Made by a program: the position numbers and the translations under genes
Assembly (NCBI GenBank): GCA_030390025.1
Contig: CM059433.1
Location: forward strand, 3,658,001 to 3,722,000
Origin: Squalus acanthias
Taxonomy: Eukaryota
Direction: 5' to 3'
Length of the DNA: 64,000 nucleotides
Shown here: piece by piece, positions 1 to 12,289 of the stretch
Layout: each line of letters opens with the position of its first letter
How positions within the stretch are numbered: position 1 is the first letter of the stretch
Notes under the pieces: model-generated
The model's input: only the letters and a program-made list of their open reading frames with translations
Told to the model about the DNA's origin: nothing
The model's database searches: none

Positions 1-1211
1 AACAGGTACTCAGACAGTTACGAGTATCCCCGAAACCCATTAAAACGGAGATCACCCTATACAAGAAATTTGAGCGCCAAACCCTAACAAAAGAAAAGAC
101 ATTAAGGTTGGGCGGGAAAAGGAAGAATTTTGCACTATAACTGCAAGCTCCAACCGTCCATCTTTCTCTTATCCTCTTATTCGGTTGACTCTTATCCTGC
201 TGGCGTTGATCCTCGTGGCTGCTCTTGACTCGCCGTCTTGTTCCTGCTTGCCTCGTGTCTCTTTCAAAAGACTGTTGAACTTTACGATCCGCCCGGATCT
301 GCCTCGTGGCGTGCCGCGAAGATCTGTGTGGAACTGGGCTGTGAAGCCTTGAAACGGGCGCACCATCCCGAGAAGTCGGTAAACGGTGTTGGAACCGAAG
401 GCCCGAGATGAGATGAGATGAGATGAGATGAGATGAGAAGAGAAGAAGACCATACGTATCGCCATGGTCAGTAAGCTCCGACCGCGCCCGTAGGTCGAAT
501 AGACACTTTCCTTGCCCAGGAAGACCATCTTTGAATTTTACAGAACAGCCAGGAAGACTATTCTTCGAATTTTATCGCATCAGTGCGAGGGCACAGGAAG
601 ACTCTTTTTTTTTTTGAGTAGAGTCGGAACTCCGAGGACAACACAGATCTTCATGACAGCAGACGGTCCAGCCTGTTAGCCGGAGCAGAAACGAGTAAAC
701 AAGTGGGGTACAGAGACCCCTGACCAACACGTGGGTGATCAGGTGCTGCGGTGGAAAAACATCCGATCAGAGTTTTCGGAATTCTCCGAGTTATCACGAG
801 TGGTGAGCATGAGTCTCGATCCTACAGATCTAGTTTAGAGCAGGTATTGATAGGGGAGGGTTTAAGTTTTAAGGATAACTGTAATGTGTGCCCCCATTTA
901 CGATGTGTCGTTCGTTCCTCGTTTCCCTGAAATTAGTTACATAACTGCGTGTAAGATTGTACTGTCATTAATCTGTGCTTATGACATGTATTTCGTAATC
1001 TTAAATAACATGCAATAAAGATTTTTCCATTTCGTACCATTCAACCGGGTCTACCTGAGTTTTCTCTCCATTACTGCTCTCGCATCTAAGTCCAGTGTCA
1101 GAACCGTAAGGGCGAGTGGGTCGAACCACTCACAGGTGTCTAGTGCTCCCAGACTGGCTGGAGACCAGAACAGGCAATAAGGCCTAAACTCGCACTAGCA
1201 TCCAGGCTGCA
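1..1211 (+). mobile_element. LTR of an LTR retroelement, 5' part outside the window; same family group as 16443-18228 and 18977-20633
   Basis: TATAA at 136-140 and AATAAA at 1014-1019; ends in ...CTGCA. 1040-1200 matches the reverse complement of 18990-19165 (GCATCTAAGTCCAG-TGTCAGAACCGTAAG..CGAGTGGGTCGAACCACTCACAGGTG). Confidence 0.8.
405..437. repeat. (GAGAT)n microsatellite inside the LTR
   Basis: Directly visible tandem pentamer. Confidence 0.9.
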
Positions 1212-1365
1212 CAGAGCCACACGAATCTCACAGGTTCAGAGAGAAACCCTTACAAAGGTCCCACCCCTCACTGTATGCATCAGTTATAGTAACAGTGGAG
1301 ATTCCTTGGAGTCTGACCTTTTTGTATAAATCAGTGTTATAGGAAACACTACTCTGTAAGAGTAT

Positions 1366-2258
1366 GGGGTAGAAATTAGGTCGCGCCCCATTTGGGGCGC
1401 AAATATCGTCCGGACGCAAATATTAGCGCCTGGCGCTAATTATCGGCACTGACGGGAAACTTCACTTTTACCGCCCCGGGAGGTGAGTGGAGCGCTAAAG
1501 CAGGCGCTGCACACCTCTCTTAAGGCGCAAAGGCCGAGCAGTGAGGCGCTAACTCGGAGCGCTGGCGAAGCTCATGTAATGTCAGTCAGCAATGGAACAC
1601 ACACACAATGGCACGGGCCAGTTCTTAAAGGGGATGGTTAATCTTGCTTTCCATCCACATCCTGTTCATTGCTGCCTTGAATCTCGGCCTGGAGAGACTT
1701 GCACATCAAATGTGCTGGAAAGAACAATGGAGAGCACCAGGCAAAGAGCTCAGAGTGCAGCTCCCACGGTCTCTGCTAAATCGATACAAGGAATGGCAAA
1801 TCAAAATGAACCTGCAAAGTGCTGCTCAGTACCCAAAACTCCTTCACACAACGTTGAATCTCTCCAGAAGTCTCTCCCTCTCTCTCTCAGAATGCGTAGT
1901 TCAAAAATGCCACCAACAATAAAAGACAGGAAGAGGCCCCCTTTAAATAGCGCCCCCCCCAGCCCCACAGCGATTGATAGCGTTCCAGTCTTCTGGTCGT
2001 TGGAAGCGCCAGGCGGTAAGGCAGGGGGCGCCACTCAATTTCCGCTACGGGGCGCCCCAAGGGCGTTGCACCATGGAATGATGTCACAATCTGCGCGCGC
2101 AGGTGGTCGCAGCGGTAAGTTTTAGCGCCGCCGCACAATCTCAAGTTAAGTTCTCGAGCGGCGCAAACATCGCTGCGCCCGGGCATTAGCGGCTTAACGC
2201 CCCATTAGCGCCCTCTTAAGGCGCTAACGGGTGGCGCAACCAAGTGAATTTTTACGCC
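1366..2258. mobile_element. Non-autonomous DNA transposon (MITE), PIF/Harbinger-type
   Basis: Imperfect TIRs GGGGTAGAAATT / AATTTTTACGCC; 3-bp TSD TAT at 1363-1365 and 2259-2261; many subterminal TAGCGCC/GGCGCTA motifs. Confidence 0.75.
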
Positions 2259-2626
2259 TATGTTTCTAATGGTGATTTTGTTGCATATAACTGTTCTTAA
2301 TGTCAAAATTGAGATTGAACCCAGTGACAAGTTACTGGTGTACTATTTTGCCTAGATCTTTAGTCATTGGAGTTGGATTTTGCTTGGGATAATTATCAGG
2401 GGTAGACACTTTAATTGAAAAATGTTAAAGAAAAGTATCACTACCTTTTTTTTCATTAAAAGTGCCTTTTATTAACAGGGAGAACACAACAAACCATTTA
2501 GAGAGGGAAGGTCTATCCAAGAAGCCGCAATAAGGTGGTTAAAAAGCATATGGGTTACTTGGGTTTATAAATAGCGGAATAGAATATACAAGCAAAGAAG
2601 TCATGCTAGAACTTTATAAATCACTG

Positions 2627-3743
2627 ACCTACATTGGCTCCCGGTTGAGCAAAGCCTCAATTTTAAAATTCTCATCCTTGTTTTCAAATCCCTCCATGGC
2701 CTCGCCCCTCCCTATCTCTGAAATCTCCTTCAGCCCCACAACCCCCGAGATATCTGCGCTCCTCTAATTCTGCTCTCTTGAGCATTCCTGATTATAATCG
2801 CTCAACCTCTGGTGGCCGTGCCTTCTGTTGCCTAGGCCCTAAGCTCTGGAATTCCCTCCCTAAACCTTTATGCCTCTCTACCACCCACCCCTTTCCTCCT
2901 TTAAGACGCTCCTTAAAATCTACGGGGGGGAAAATTGGGTTGCTTTGCGCCTCCCGTTAGCGCCCCCGGTTGCGGCACCGCTAACACCTCCCGCGAAATT
3001 CAGCAGGAGGTTAGCGGCGACAGTAGCCAGTAGCGCCCCACGGCGCTGCGCCTCCAGCGATTAGGTCATCGCCGTGCGCAGCGCCCTGCTTGCGCCCTGG
3101 CCGCATACATCAGTTGTGCCCCCGACCTATCGCCGGACGATATGTGCGACAGGGTCAGGGGGCATTTTTGCAGCCGCGGCAGTGAAAATTAAAGGGCAGG
3201 TGCCGGGCAGCCATTTTTTGGGGGCCAACTGCCAACACCTGCCCCCTTCCCCTATTTTCTTTGGGGTGCCGGCCGCGATCGCTCAGCCCGGCGCTCCTCT
3301 TGAGTGCCGGGCTGTTTTCCTGGCACCCCGCTCCCCGGTGGTCCAGCAGGGGAAGGAGGCCTGCAATACCGCGGCACTACGTGTCGACACGTGTGGCGCT
3401 GTTGCACATCGCGCTGCGATCTTCAGTTGTAGCGCCTCAGGAAGGAGGGGGAACGCTTCCAGTAGCGCTCCGCCTCCTGCTGGGGGCGCTGCCACTCAAT
3501 TTACGGTGCAGGGGCGCTAACTTCTTCGGGGCGCTAAAAGTAGCGAAGTTAGCGCCCCAAAGTGGGAGCCACCAAATTTCCCCCCCCCCCCCCCCGATCT
3601 CTTTAACCAAGCTTTTGGTCATCTGCCCTAATATCTCCTTCTGGGGCTCAATGTCAAATTTTGTTTGATTACGCTCCTGTGAAGCGCCTTGGGACGTTTT
3701 ACTACGTTAAAGGCGCTGGATAAATGCATGTTTTTGTTGTTGT
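2627..3743 (+). mobile_element. L2 LINE 3' end, interrupted by a MITE
   Basis: L2 C-terminal coding remnant (HWLPV..GGRAFCCLGPKLWNSLP), 3' stem GTGAAGCGCCTTGGGACGTT..AAAGGCGCT and (TTG)n tail; homologous to 22691-23485. Confidence 0.8.
2924..3595. mobile_element. MITE, Harbinger-type, nested in L2
   Basis: Ends GGGGGGGAAAATT / AAATTTCCCCCCC; repeated TAGCGCC motifs as in 1366-2258; the L2 sequence resumes after it. TSD is not clean. Confidence 0.65.
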
Positions 3744-4120
3744 TAGGCCTCAGCTGGAGTATTGTGGAGAATTCTGGGAACCACACTTCAGGAAAGATGT
3801 AAAGGCCTTAGAAAGGGTAGAGAGGAGGTTTACCAGGATGTCACCAGGGATGAGGGACTTCAGTTATGGGGAGAGGTTGGAAAAGTTCAGACTGTTCTCC
3901 TGGGAACAGAGAAGGTTAAGAGGTGACCGAATAGAGGTTTTCAAGATGAGGTTTTGATCGAGTAGAGAGAGAAAAACTATTCCCTCTGGTGAGTGGGTCA
4001 ATAACCAGAGGTCACAGATTCAAAATCATTGGCAAAAGATCTAGAGGGGAGAGGAGGAGAATTTTTTCACTCAGTGATGTCGGGATCTGGAATGCTCGAC
4101 CTGAAAAGGTGGTGGAAGCA

Positions 4121-5936
4121 CGGGACTACATGCATGCTAAACAGCGGAAGCAGCATGCTATAGACATAGCTAAGCGATCCCACAATCAACGGATCAGATC
4201 AAAGCTCTGCAGTCCTGCCAAATCCAGTTGTGAATGCTGGTGGAACATTAAACAACTAACGGGAGGAGGAGGCTCCAGGGATATCCCCATCCGCAATGAT
4301 GACGGAGCCCAGCACGCGACTGCATAAGACAAGGCTGAAGCGTTTGCAATCATCTTCAGCCAGAAATGCCGATTGGCTGATCCATATTGTCCTCCTCCTG
4401 AGGTCCCCACCACCACAGAAGCCAGTCTTCAGCCAATTCGATTCACTCCACGTGATATCAAGAAACGACTGAGCACACTTGATACAGCCAAGGCTGTGGG
4501 CCCCGACAACATCCCAGCTATCGTGCTGAAGACTTGTGCTCCAGAACTAGCCGCGCCTCTAGCCAAGCTGTTTCAGTACAGTTACAAAACTGGCATCTAC
4601 CCGACAATGTGGAAAACTGCCCAGGTATGTCCTGTCCACAAAAAGCAGGACAAATCCAATCCGGCCAATTACCGCCCCATCAGTCTACTCTCAATCATCA
4701 GCAAAGTGATGGAAGGTGTCATCGACAGTGCTATCAAGTGGCAGTTACTCACCAATAACCTGCTCACTGATGCCCAGTTTGGGTTCCGCCAGGACCACTC
4801 GGCTCCCGACCTCATTACAGCCTTGGTCCAAACATGGACAAAAGAGCTGAATTCCAGAGGTGAGGTGAGAGTGACTGCCCTTGACATCAAGGCAGCATTT
4901 GACCGAGTGTGGCAGCAAGGAGCTCCAGTAAAATTGAAGTCAATGGGAATCGGGGTGGAAATCTCTCCACTGACTGGAGTCATACCGAGCACAAAGGAAG
5001 ATGGTTGTGGTGGTTGGAGGTCAATCATCACAGCCCCAGGACATCGCTGCAGGATTTCCTCAGGACAGTGTCCTAGGCCCAATCATCTTCAGCTGCTTCA
5101 TCAATGACCTTCCCTCCATCATAAGGTCAGTAATGGGGATGTTCGCTGATGATTGCAGTGTTCAGTTCCAGGTCCATGCCCAAATGCAGCAAGACTTGGA
5201 CAATGTTCAGGCTTGGGCCGATAAGTGGCAAGTTACATTCGCGCCACAGAAGTGCCAGGCAATGACTATCTCCAACAAGCGAGAGTCTAATCACTTCCCC
5301 TTGGCATTCAATGGCATTACCATTGCCGAATCCCCCACCATCAACATCCTGGGGTCACCATTGACCAGAAACTTAACTGGACCAGCCACATAAATACTGT
5401 GGCAACAAGAGCAGGTCAGAGGCTAGGTATTCTGCGGTGAGAGTCTCACCTCCTGACTCCCCAAAGCCTTTCCACCATCTATAAGGCACAAGTCAGGAGT
5501 ATGATGGAATGCTCTCCACTTGCCTGGATGAGTGCAGCTCCAACAACACTCAAGAGGCTTGACACCATCCAGGACAAAGCAGCCCGCTTGATTGGCACCC
5601 CATCCACCACCTTAAACATTCACTCCCTGCACCACCAGCACATTATGGCTGCAGTGTACCATCTACAAGATGCACTGCAGCAACTCGCCAAGGCTTCTTT
5701 GGCAGCACCTCCCAAACCCGCGACCTCTTCCACCTAGAAGGACAAGGGCAGCAGGCACATGGGAACACCACCACCTCCAAGTTCCCCTCCAAGTCACACA
5801 CCATCCTGACTTGGAAATATATCGGCCGATCTTTCATCATCGCTGGGTCAAAATCCTGGAACTCCCTCCCCAACAGCACTGTGGGAGCACCTTCACCACA
5901 CGGACTTCAGCGGTTCAAGAAGGCGTCTCACCACCA
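4121..5936 (+). mobile_element. 5'-truncated non-LTR retrotransposon (CR1/L2-group, distinct subfamily) with frameshifted reverse transcriptase
   Basis: ORFs 4373-5107 (GPDNIP..NYRPISLLS..QFGFR..LDIKAAFDRV) and 5001-5393 (PQDSVLGP..MFADD); 3' region matches 37975-38160. Confidence 0.9.
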
Positions 5937-6169
5937 GGATGGCAGGTTTCCTTCCCTAAAGGACATTAGTGAACTAGTGGGTTTTTATGACAATCCAACA
6001 GCTCCACGGTCACTTTTACTCATATCAGCTTTTTATTTCCAGATTTAAAAAAAAATGAATTTAAATTCTCAAACTGCCATGGTGGGATTTGAACTCATGT
6101 TCTACTGGATTATTAGTCAAGGCCTCTGGATTACTAGTCCAGTAACATGATGACTACACTACCGTACCC
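5937..6169 (-). mobile_element. tRNA-derived SINE, 3'-truncated
   Basis: Minus-strand head GGGTACGGTAGTGTAG...GAGTTCAAATCCCACC (B box) followed by the core CACTAATGTCCTTTAGGGAAGGAAACCTGCC. Confidence 0.7.
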
Positions 6170-6720
6170 GTACAATGGACAAAACTTTCATCACTTTTCT
6201 TGTGGACAGACCGAACAGATTTCAGTTTTTGACAAGATTCCTTCGCATGCAAAGCATTACACGTGGTTCCCATCTGGACATTCGGGTCCTTCATATCAAA
6301 CCCACGGCCTTCGTCAACAGGAAGGGTTTGGACTCAGTTGCTGTTCAGATCGTATCTTACCACAGAAACATCATACTGCACATCAGTGGTCATTATCCAG
6401 GAAGTAGACTCAATGCATTCACTGTGCAGCATTTCAAGATGCCTACATTATTTGAAGAAGAAATATGGTGGATGGCAGATTGAGATCAGCAGCCATTAAT
6501 CCTCTTGAGAAACTCCCAAACTGCAGAGGAGCACATCACCCGTCACACCTCAGCATCAGTTTGCTGTTCCTCAGTTGTCACCACCACCTTCAAGAATGCC
6601 ACGCAGGGTTTGCAAAAGGACAATGGTTGTGCGCAACGCTGGTACAACCCAGAGGGTGCAGCAGTTTCCAGCTTAGGTCAGCGCCATGGCTAATGGGCTG
6701 TGTAAGAAATGTGCACAAAA
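6170..6720 (+). pseudogene. Decayed Harbinger (HARBI1-like, DDE_Tnp_4) transposase fragment
   Basis: AFVNRKGLDSVAVQIV..IILHISGHYPGS aligns to [28 protein letters not shown] in the 33.7-34.8 kb transposase. Confidence 0.7.
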
Positions 6721-7002
6721 GCGACAAGCATACTTACCTTCATCTTGCTCCTGTTACCAAGAAGCATCTTCATTTGTAGTCAGACATTTGGGTGACTGCA
6801 GTGGTTTTATACAGCAGCCTTCTTCCTTGCAGCTGCTACATGTGCTTTCACTAGAGCGCGACCGTCAGCCCCAAATAGCGTCACCCTCCTTTGGTACACC
6901 TCCTGCAGTAGGACCTTTAACTCTGCAGCATCAAAGCGAGCAGTGCTGTCCATGTGGCCGCTGTAAAACAATTAGTCTATGTTTCTGCCACCCTGAGCTG
7001 TG

Positions 7003-7209
7003 AGAAGTCGTACAACACCAGGTTATAGTCCAACAGCTTTATTTGAAATCACAAGTTTTCGGAGCGCTGCCCCTTCGTCTTCACTTCACCTGCCGAAGGA
7101 GCAGCCGCTCCGAAAGCTTGTGATTTCAAATAAAGCTGTTGGACTATAACCTGGTGTTGTGCGACTTCTCACGTTTGTCCACCCCAGTCCAACACCGGCA
7201 TCTCCGCAT
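7003..7209. mobile_element. Penelope-type palindromic non-autonomous insert (inverted pseudo-LTR ends), degenerate hammerhead cores
   Basis: Inverted arms of about 80-90 bp; 14-bp direct repeat CACCCTGAGCTGTG at 6989-7002 and 7210-7223; near-identical to 15782-16002. Confidence 0.75.
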
Positions 7210-7958
7210 CACCCTGAGCTGTGCCGAAACTGACTCAACCCCATGTCTGTCCACTTCACAAAAATCAGGCCTTTTATATCTGAATTTTAATGACATGTTC
7301 TTTTATTGTGCAAAGACGATGTCCACACAGCAAAACCCAACAAAGTCATCAGGATCCAAAAGGGCGTACCTTGTAGAGGCATTTCAAGCACAAATGATTG
7401 TTACAAGTGAACATTCCTGGTACACGTCTTTATTTTGGCTGGTCCTTTCACAAGGCATGGTAAGTAACAAACTGCACGCAGGTACAGATCAAAAATGAAG
7501 CAAAGCCAAGGCAATTGCATCAGAGTTGAGATATTGTGTAAAGTGATCATTATCACTATCGTACTACATCAAGGATGTAATTCACAATAAGATTTTGGCA
7601 GGCAGAATGTTTTTAAACTATGAGTAACCTTTTAGTTTCGCAATTTCCTTAATTGGCTTAGAGGTGAGCAAGCCAGACAGCTGCAAAGTCAAGATGAGCC
7701 AGAGTTCCAGGTTGACTTTCCCAACCCAAACTGGAACTGAATCAAATGGGAAAAAAATGTGGGCACTGTTCCATCCCCTTCTATGGAAATGGAGAACTGT
7801 GGGATGGAAATTTATTTACGGTTCCACATTCAGTAGTGAATATTTCCAATCGTCTAAAAAACAAAAATACTGCAATGTTGGCAATTTTATAACATTAAGA
7901 GGTTTTGTTCAAATCTAAATTTACTCAGTACTTTGACAGATTAATTTGCAATGCACTG

Positions 7959-8431
7959 AAAAAAAAAGAAAGACTTGCGTTTATATAGCGCCTTTCACGG
8001 CCACTGGACGTCTCAAAGCGCTTTACAGCCAATGAAGTACTTTTGGAGTGTAGTCACTGTTGTAATGTGGGAAACACGGCAGCCAATTTGCGCACAGCAA
8101 GCTCCCACAAACAGCAATGTGATAATGACCAGATTATCTGTTTTTGTTATGTTGGTTGAGGGATAAATATTGGCCAGGACACCGGGGATAACTCCCCTGC
8201 TCTTCTTCAAAATAGTGCCCATGGAGATCTTTTACGCCCACCTGAGAGAGCAGACGGGGCCTTGGTTTAATGTCTCATCTGAAAGACGGCACCTCCGACA
8301 GTGCAGCACTCCCTCAGCACTGCACTGGAGTGTCAGCCTAGCTTTATGTGCTCAAGTCCCTGGAGTGGGGCTTGAACCCACAACCTTCTGACTTAGAGGC
8401 AAGGGTGCTGCCCACTGAGACACAGCTGGCA
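7959..8431 (-). mobile_element. DeuSINE (SacSINE1-like): tRNA head, Deu domain, L2-type tail
   Basis: Minus strand carries the B box GGTTCAAGCCCC, the Deu-type core TGCACTGTCGGAGGTGCCGTCTTTCAGATGAGAC..CAAATTGGCTGCC and the tail AAAGGCGCTATATAAA; paralogs at 29152-29616 and 62626-63357. Confidence 0.85.
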
Positions 8432-8565
8432 CACTGGGTGTTGCTCCACTTTGTATTACTTTTCGTTGCCACTAAGCACACAGAAATTACAATTATGTTG
8501 GCAGCTTGGTTCTGGCTCTTAGTTCTTCTCTGTTTTAAATAAAAACATTTTTTTTAATTTTTACG

Positions 8566-8963
8566 TTGGGGAACGAAACTCTATTTCAGGAACCCAGAAT
8601 CAACATTGAGTGCTCCAAGTTCAAGTATGCCGAAGCCTGCTACAGGGTAAAGGTGCCTCTATTCTTTCTCAACACATCTCAATTCCAACCTCTGACGAGC
8701 ACCTCCTACTGTACCAGCGTGGCATTTGTTTCAATTTCCTGCACCAGCCATCCTGCCGCCTCGGAGTGAGATTGCTGCCACGTGCCAAATTAGGGGAAGT
8801 TTTACGCTGCAGGCCCACGACAACTGAGAACTTGACTGAGACTGCCAAAACTTTTTCCCCATAGAGCCCTTTCAGCCAGAAGACAGAGCAGACGCTAGGC
8901 TGAATTTGAAACCAGGTCCCAGGGATGACAGGCCAGTATCTCACCCACTGTGCTGCCTCATTC
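8566..8963 (-). mobile_element. Old tRNA-derived SINE resembling LF-SINE
   Basis: tRNA-like head (GGTTTCAAATTCAGCC) followed by blocks GGCAGTCTCAGTCAAGTTC, AATTTGGCAC..GCAATCTCA and GGAGGTG..AGGTTGGAATTGAG, in the order I recall for the LF-SINE consensus. Confidence 0.5.
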
Positions 8964-9479
8964 CAACCCCCACCCAACTTTGGTTTTAATCACATTTGAT
9001 CCAAGCTAAACAGTTGACTCAAATCTCGCTCTGGCTCAGTATGCTTGACCAGTTTTAGTGATGGGGCCTGGAAGACAGGCCTACACAGGATTCACCTCTA
9101 TTGTAAAGTGCAATCATATATCACCATTGCCATTGCCAGATGTCACTGTACGGGCTAAAGAATCTGAACAGATTCTTCAGATTTACCCACCTTTTTCCTC
9201 TCATGCTTGTACATATTTTCCCCTGCCTATAGATTTTTTTTCAGTCCTGAAGGCAACAATCCTTGTTGGAGATATGAGCCACAAAATTGCAAGACTACTT
9301 CCAGTGCCAAGTCTCGCTCAGTAGGAATGCAGATAGGAAATGCTGCATTCTTGATTTTCTGGTCATTTTTGGACTATAGTTCAATGGTTGCCAATTGGGT
9401 GAAGGGATAATTACTAGTCCTAGCCCTTTTGGGACTACCCCGGATCAGGCGTATTTCTCAGATGTTCACTTTCAACTAA

Positions 9480-9632
9480 AGTTTGAGGAAGCATTTAGAT
9501 GAGTACTTGAAATGCCATAGCATACAAGGCTACGGACCAAGTGCTGGAAAATGGGATTAGAATAGACAGGGCTTGATGGCTGGTGCGGACACGGTGGGCC
9601 GAAGGGCCTCTTTCTGTGCTGTATAACTCTAT
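9480..9632 (+). mobile_element. CR1 3' terminal fragment
   Basis: GGCTACGGACCAAGTGCTGGAAAATGGGATTAG, GGGCCGAAGGGCC stem-loop and ACTCTATG tail; the tail resumes at 10506 after the MITE. Confidence 0.8.
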
Positions 9633-10505
9633 GGGCTGGATTTTCATTGACCCGTGGAGGCGGGTTTGGAGGCGTGTGGGGGGTTAAAATTGCGAAAACT
9701 GGCGGACAGGCACAAGTCCGCCTCCATCCTGCCTCCACGCAATTTTCATTAAATCGTGTCTGCTGGTCCCGACTCCGTCCTGCCTTTAAGAGGCGGGATA
9801 GGCTGTTAAGGCCCTTAACAAGCACTAAATTGGCTCTATAATGCCATTTTGAAAGGTCTTTGTGATTTTAACCCTTGATCTACATGAAGCACGCCTGTTC
9901 TGAATCACGATTGTGAAACCTGGCGGGAGCACATTTGGATATGGATAGTTGGCGCTGGATGGATGGATGGATGGATGGATGGATGGATGGATGGATGGAT
10001 GGATGGATGGATGGATGGATGGATGGATGGATATATGAATGGATGGATATATGAATGGATGGATGGATGGATGGATATATGAATGGATGGATATATGAAT
10101 GGATGGATGGATGGATGGATGGATAGATATATGAATGGATGGATATATGAATGGATGGATATATGGATGGATGGATATATGAATGGATGGATATATGAAT
10201 GGATAGAGAGGAGACATATCTGGGAGTGGTGATGTAAAAATATCTGGGAGCAGACTTAGGGCTACTACTTATTATGCAGGTCCTCTCACAGCAAAGGCCA
10301 GGCAGTCTTTGAAGACCTTCAATGCAGCAGCAATGATGACATCATCAAAGGTGACTTTCAGACTGAAAACACTAATTGGTTCATGGGTTCCCACATGCTG
10401 GAACTCAATCGCCCAATTAGGTGAAAATTGCATCAATCTCCCACATCCAATTACAGTCGGGTGGATAACACAACCCCAACCCGCCCCAGTATCAAAATCC
10501 AGCCC
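9633..10505. mobile_element. Harbinger-type MITE
   Basis: Perfect 12-bp TIR GGGCTGGATTTT / AAAATCCAGCCC; TSD TAT at 9630-9632 and 10506-10508. Confidence 0.85.
9956..10204. repeat. (GGAT)n compound microsatellite
   Basis: Directly visible; GGAT runs interspersed with ATATGAAT. Confidence 0.95.
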
Positions 10506-11185
10506 TATGACTCTATGTAGTCGAATCCTAAAGACGCTTAACTGGGTCTAAAGGTCTGGGCTATCTCTCCCTAAAGGAAAGGAACAACCCGAGAATGTTA
10601 CCGTCCTCCAGATAGCACTTTTAATAAGTTTAGCTAGACTGTAACGTCCCGGATATTATGAGGGTCCGGAGATCTCCCCTCAGAAAAATGTAACTCTCCA
10701 CCAAAGAGTGTACAGAGATTGGGTTCGCGAGTTATTGATACAGAAGACTTATGTGAGACAATTCTAAAAATATATAGAGATTTATTAAAAGAACCGACAT
10801 GCAATTTACAGTTGGTGAATCAGTCAATCGCAACGTTAACAGTTCTAAAAAGAGAAAAAATACGATCTTATTTTTAACAGAGAATCTTACTTTTAAATCT
10901 TAACTTCGCTACAGTAATACGGTTCTTAAAATTTTCTATACAGGATATCTCGGCTCAGACCGAGCTATTGGGAGCAGCAGTGAGAGCGGACTGAAACAGG
11001 CAACATTCGAAAGTGACGTCAGAGATTAAAAGTGATGTCGGCACAAGGGAAGCAGCTGATTGGTGAGTAGTGGGTGAGTGTTTTTTTAAAGTTTAAAGCT
11101 TATTCTGTTAAGTTAGTTGTTAGTCTTTAAATAAAGGTTAGTACTTAGTCTTTTAAATAGTCTGTGAGATAAAGGGATGACAGGA

Positions 11186-12150
11186 ATGGCAGGGCAGCTC
11201 AGTCTAGCGGAGTGCACATCATGTGGCATGTGGAAAGTCATGGACGCTTTGCGTTGTATGGATGACTACATGTGCAGTAAGTGTCACCAGCTGCAACGAC
11301 TAAAGCGACGGTTTACGGAGCTTGAGCGGTGACTGCAGTCACTGTGGTGTATCCGCGAGGCTGAGAACTACGTGGATAGCACGTTTAGTCAGGTGGTCAC
11401 CCCGCAGCCTAACAGAGAGCAGACAGAGAGCAAGTGGGTGACCACCAGACAGAAGAAGACCAGGCAGGCAGTGCAGGAGGCCCCGGAGGGCATCTCGCTC
11501 CCCAACCGGTATTCTATTCTGAGTACCGGTGGGGGCAATGGTCCCTCTGAGGAGTGCAGTCAGAGCCAAGTCCTCGGCACCACGGGTGGCTCCGCTGCAC
11601 ATGGGGGGGGAGGAAAAATAGTGGAAGAGCAATAGTGGTAGGGGATTTAATAGTGAGGGGAGCAGACAGGCATTTCAGCGGCCGCAGACGGGACTCCAGG
11701 ATGGTATGTTGCCTCCCTGGTGCCAGGGTCAAGGATGTCACCGAACAGCTGCAGAGCATTCTGGGGGGAGAGGGTGAACAGCCAGATGTCGTGGTCCATA
11801 TCGGTACCAATGACATAGGTAGAAAGAAGGATGAGGTCCTGCAGGCAGAGTTTAGGGAGCTAGGAGTCAGATTAAAAAACAGGACCTCAAAGGTAGTAAT
11901 CTCCGGATTACTCCCGGTGCCACGTGCTAGTGAGTACAGAAATAGGAGGATAGAGCAGATGACTGCGTGGCTGGAAGGATGGTGCAGGAGGGAGGGCTTT
12001 AGATTCCTGAGGCATTGGGACCGTTTCTGGGGGAGGTGGGACCTGTACAAGACGGACAGGTTGCACTTCAACAGAGCCGGGACCAATATCCTCGCGGGGG
12101 TGGCGGGGGGGGGGGGGGTTGCTAGTGATGTTGGGGAGGATTTAAACTAG
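11186..12150 (+). pseudogene. CR1 ORF1 (C4 zinc finger/coiled coil plus SGNH esterase domain), disrupted
   Basis: MAGQLSLAECTSCGMW..CSKC; AIVVGDLIVR, VVVHIGTND, DRLH motifs; in-frame TGA near 11330 and a frameshift near 11600; the catalytic GDS reads GDL. Confidence 0.85.
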
Positions 12151-12289
12151 CTTGGCAGGGGGATGGGAACCTAAGAATAGAGTCAGTAGTGAGGGAAGAA
12201 AAACTGGAATTGGAAAACATAAACATAGAAAGTAAATTGGAAGGACAGAGGAATCAAGGGCTAAATAGTAGTCAACAAGGAGGTTTGCC

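Larger units (their letters stand above)
2520..4120 (+). mobile_element. Old CR1 LINE ORF2 3' fragment, split by an L2 insertion
   Basis: 2520-2626 (...LELYKSL) continues at ~3741 (VRPQLEYCGEFW..RRLRGD), the CR1 RT C-terminal region. Confidence 0.75.
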
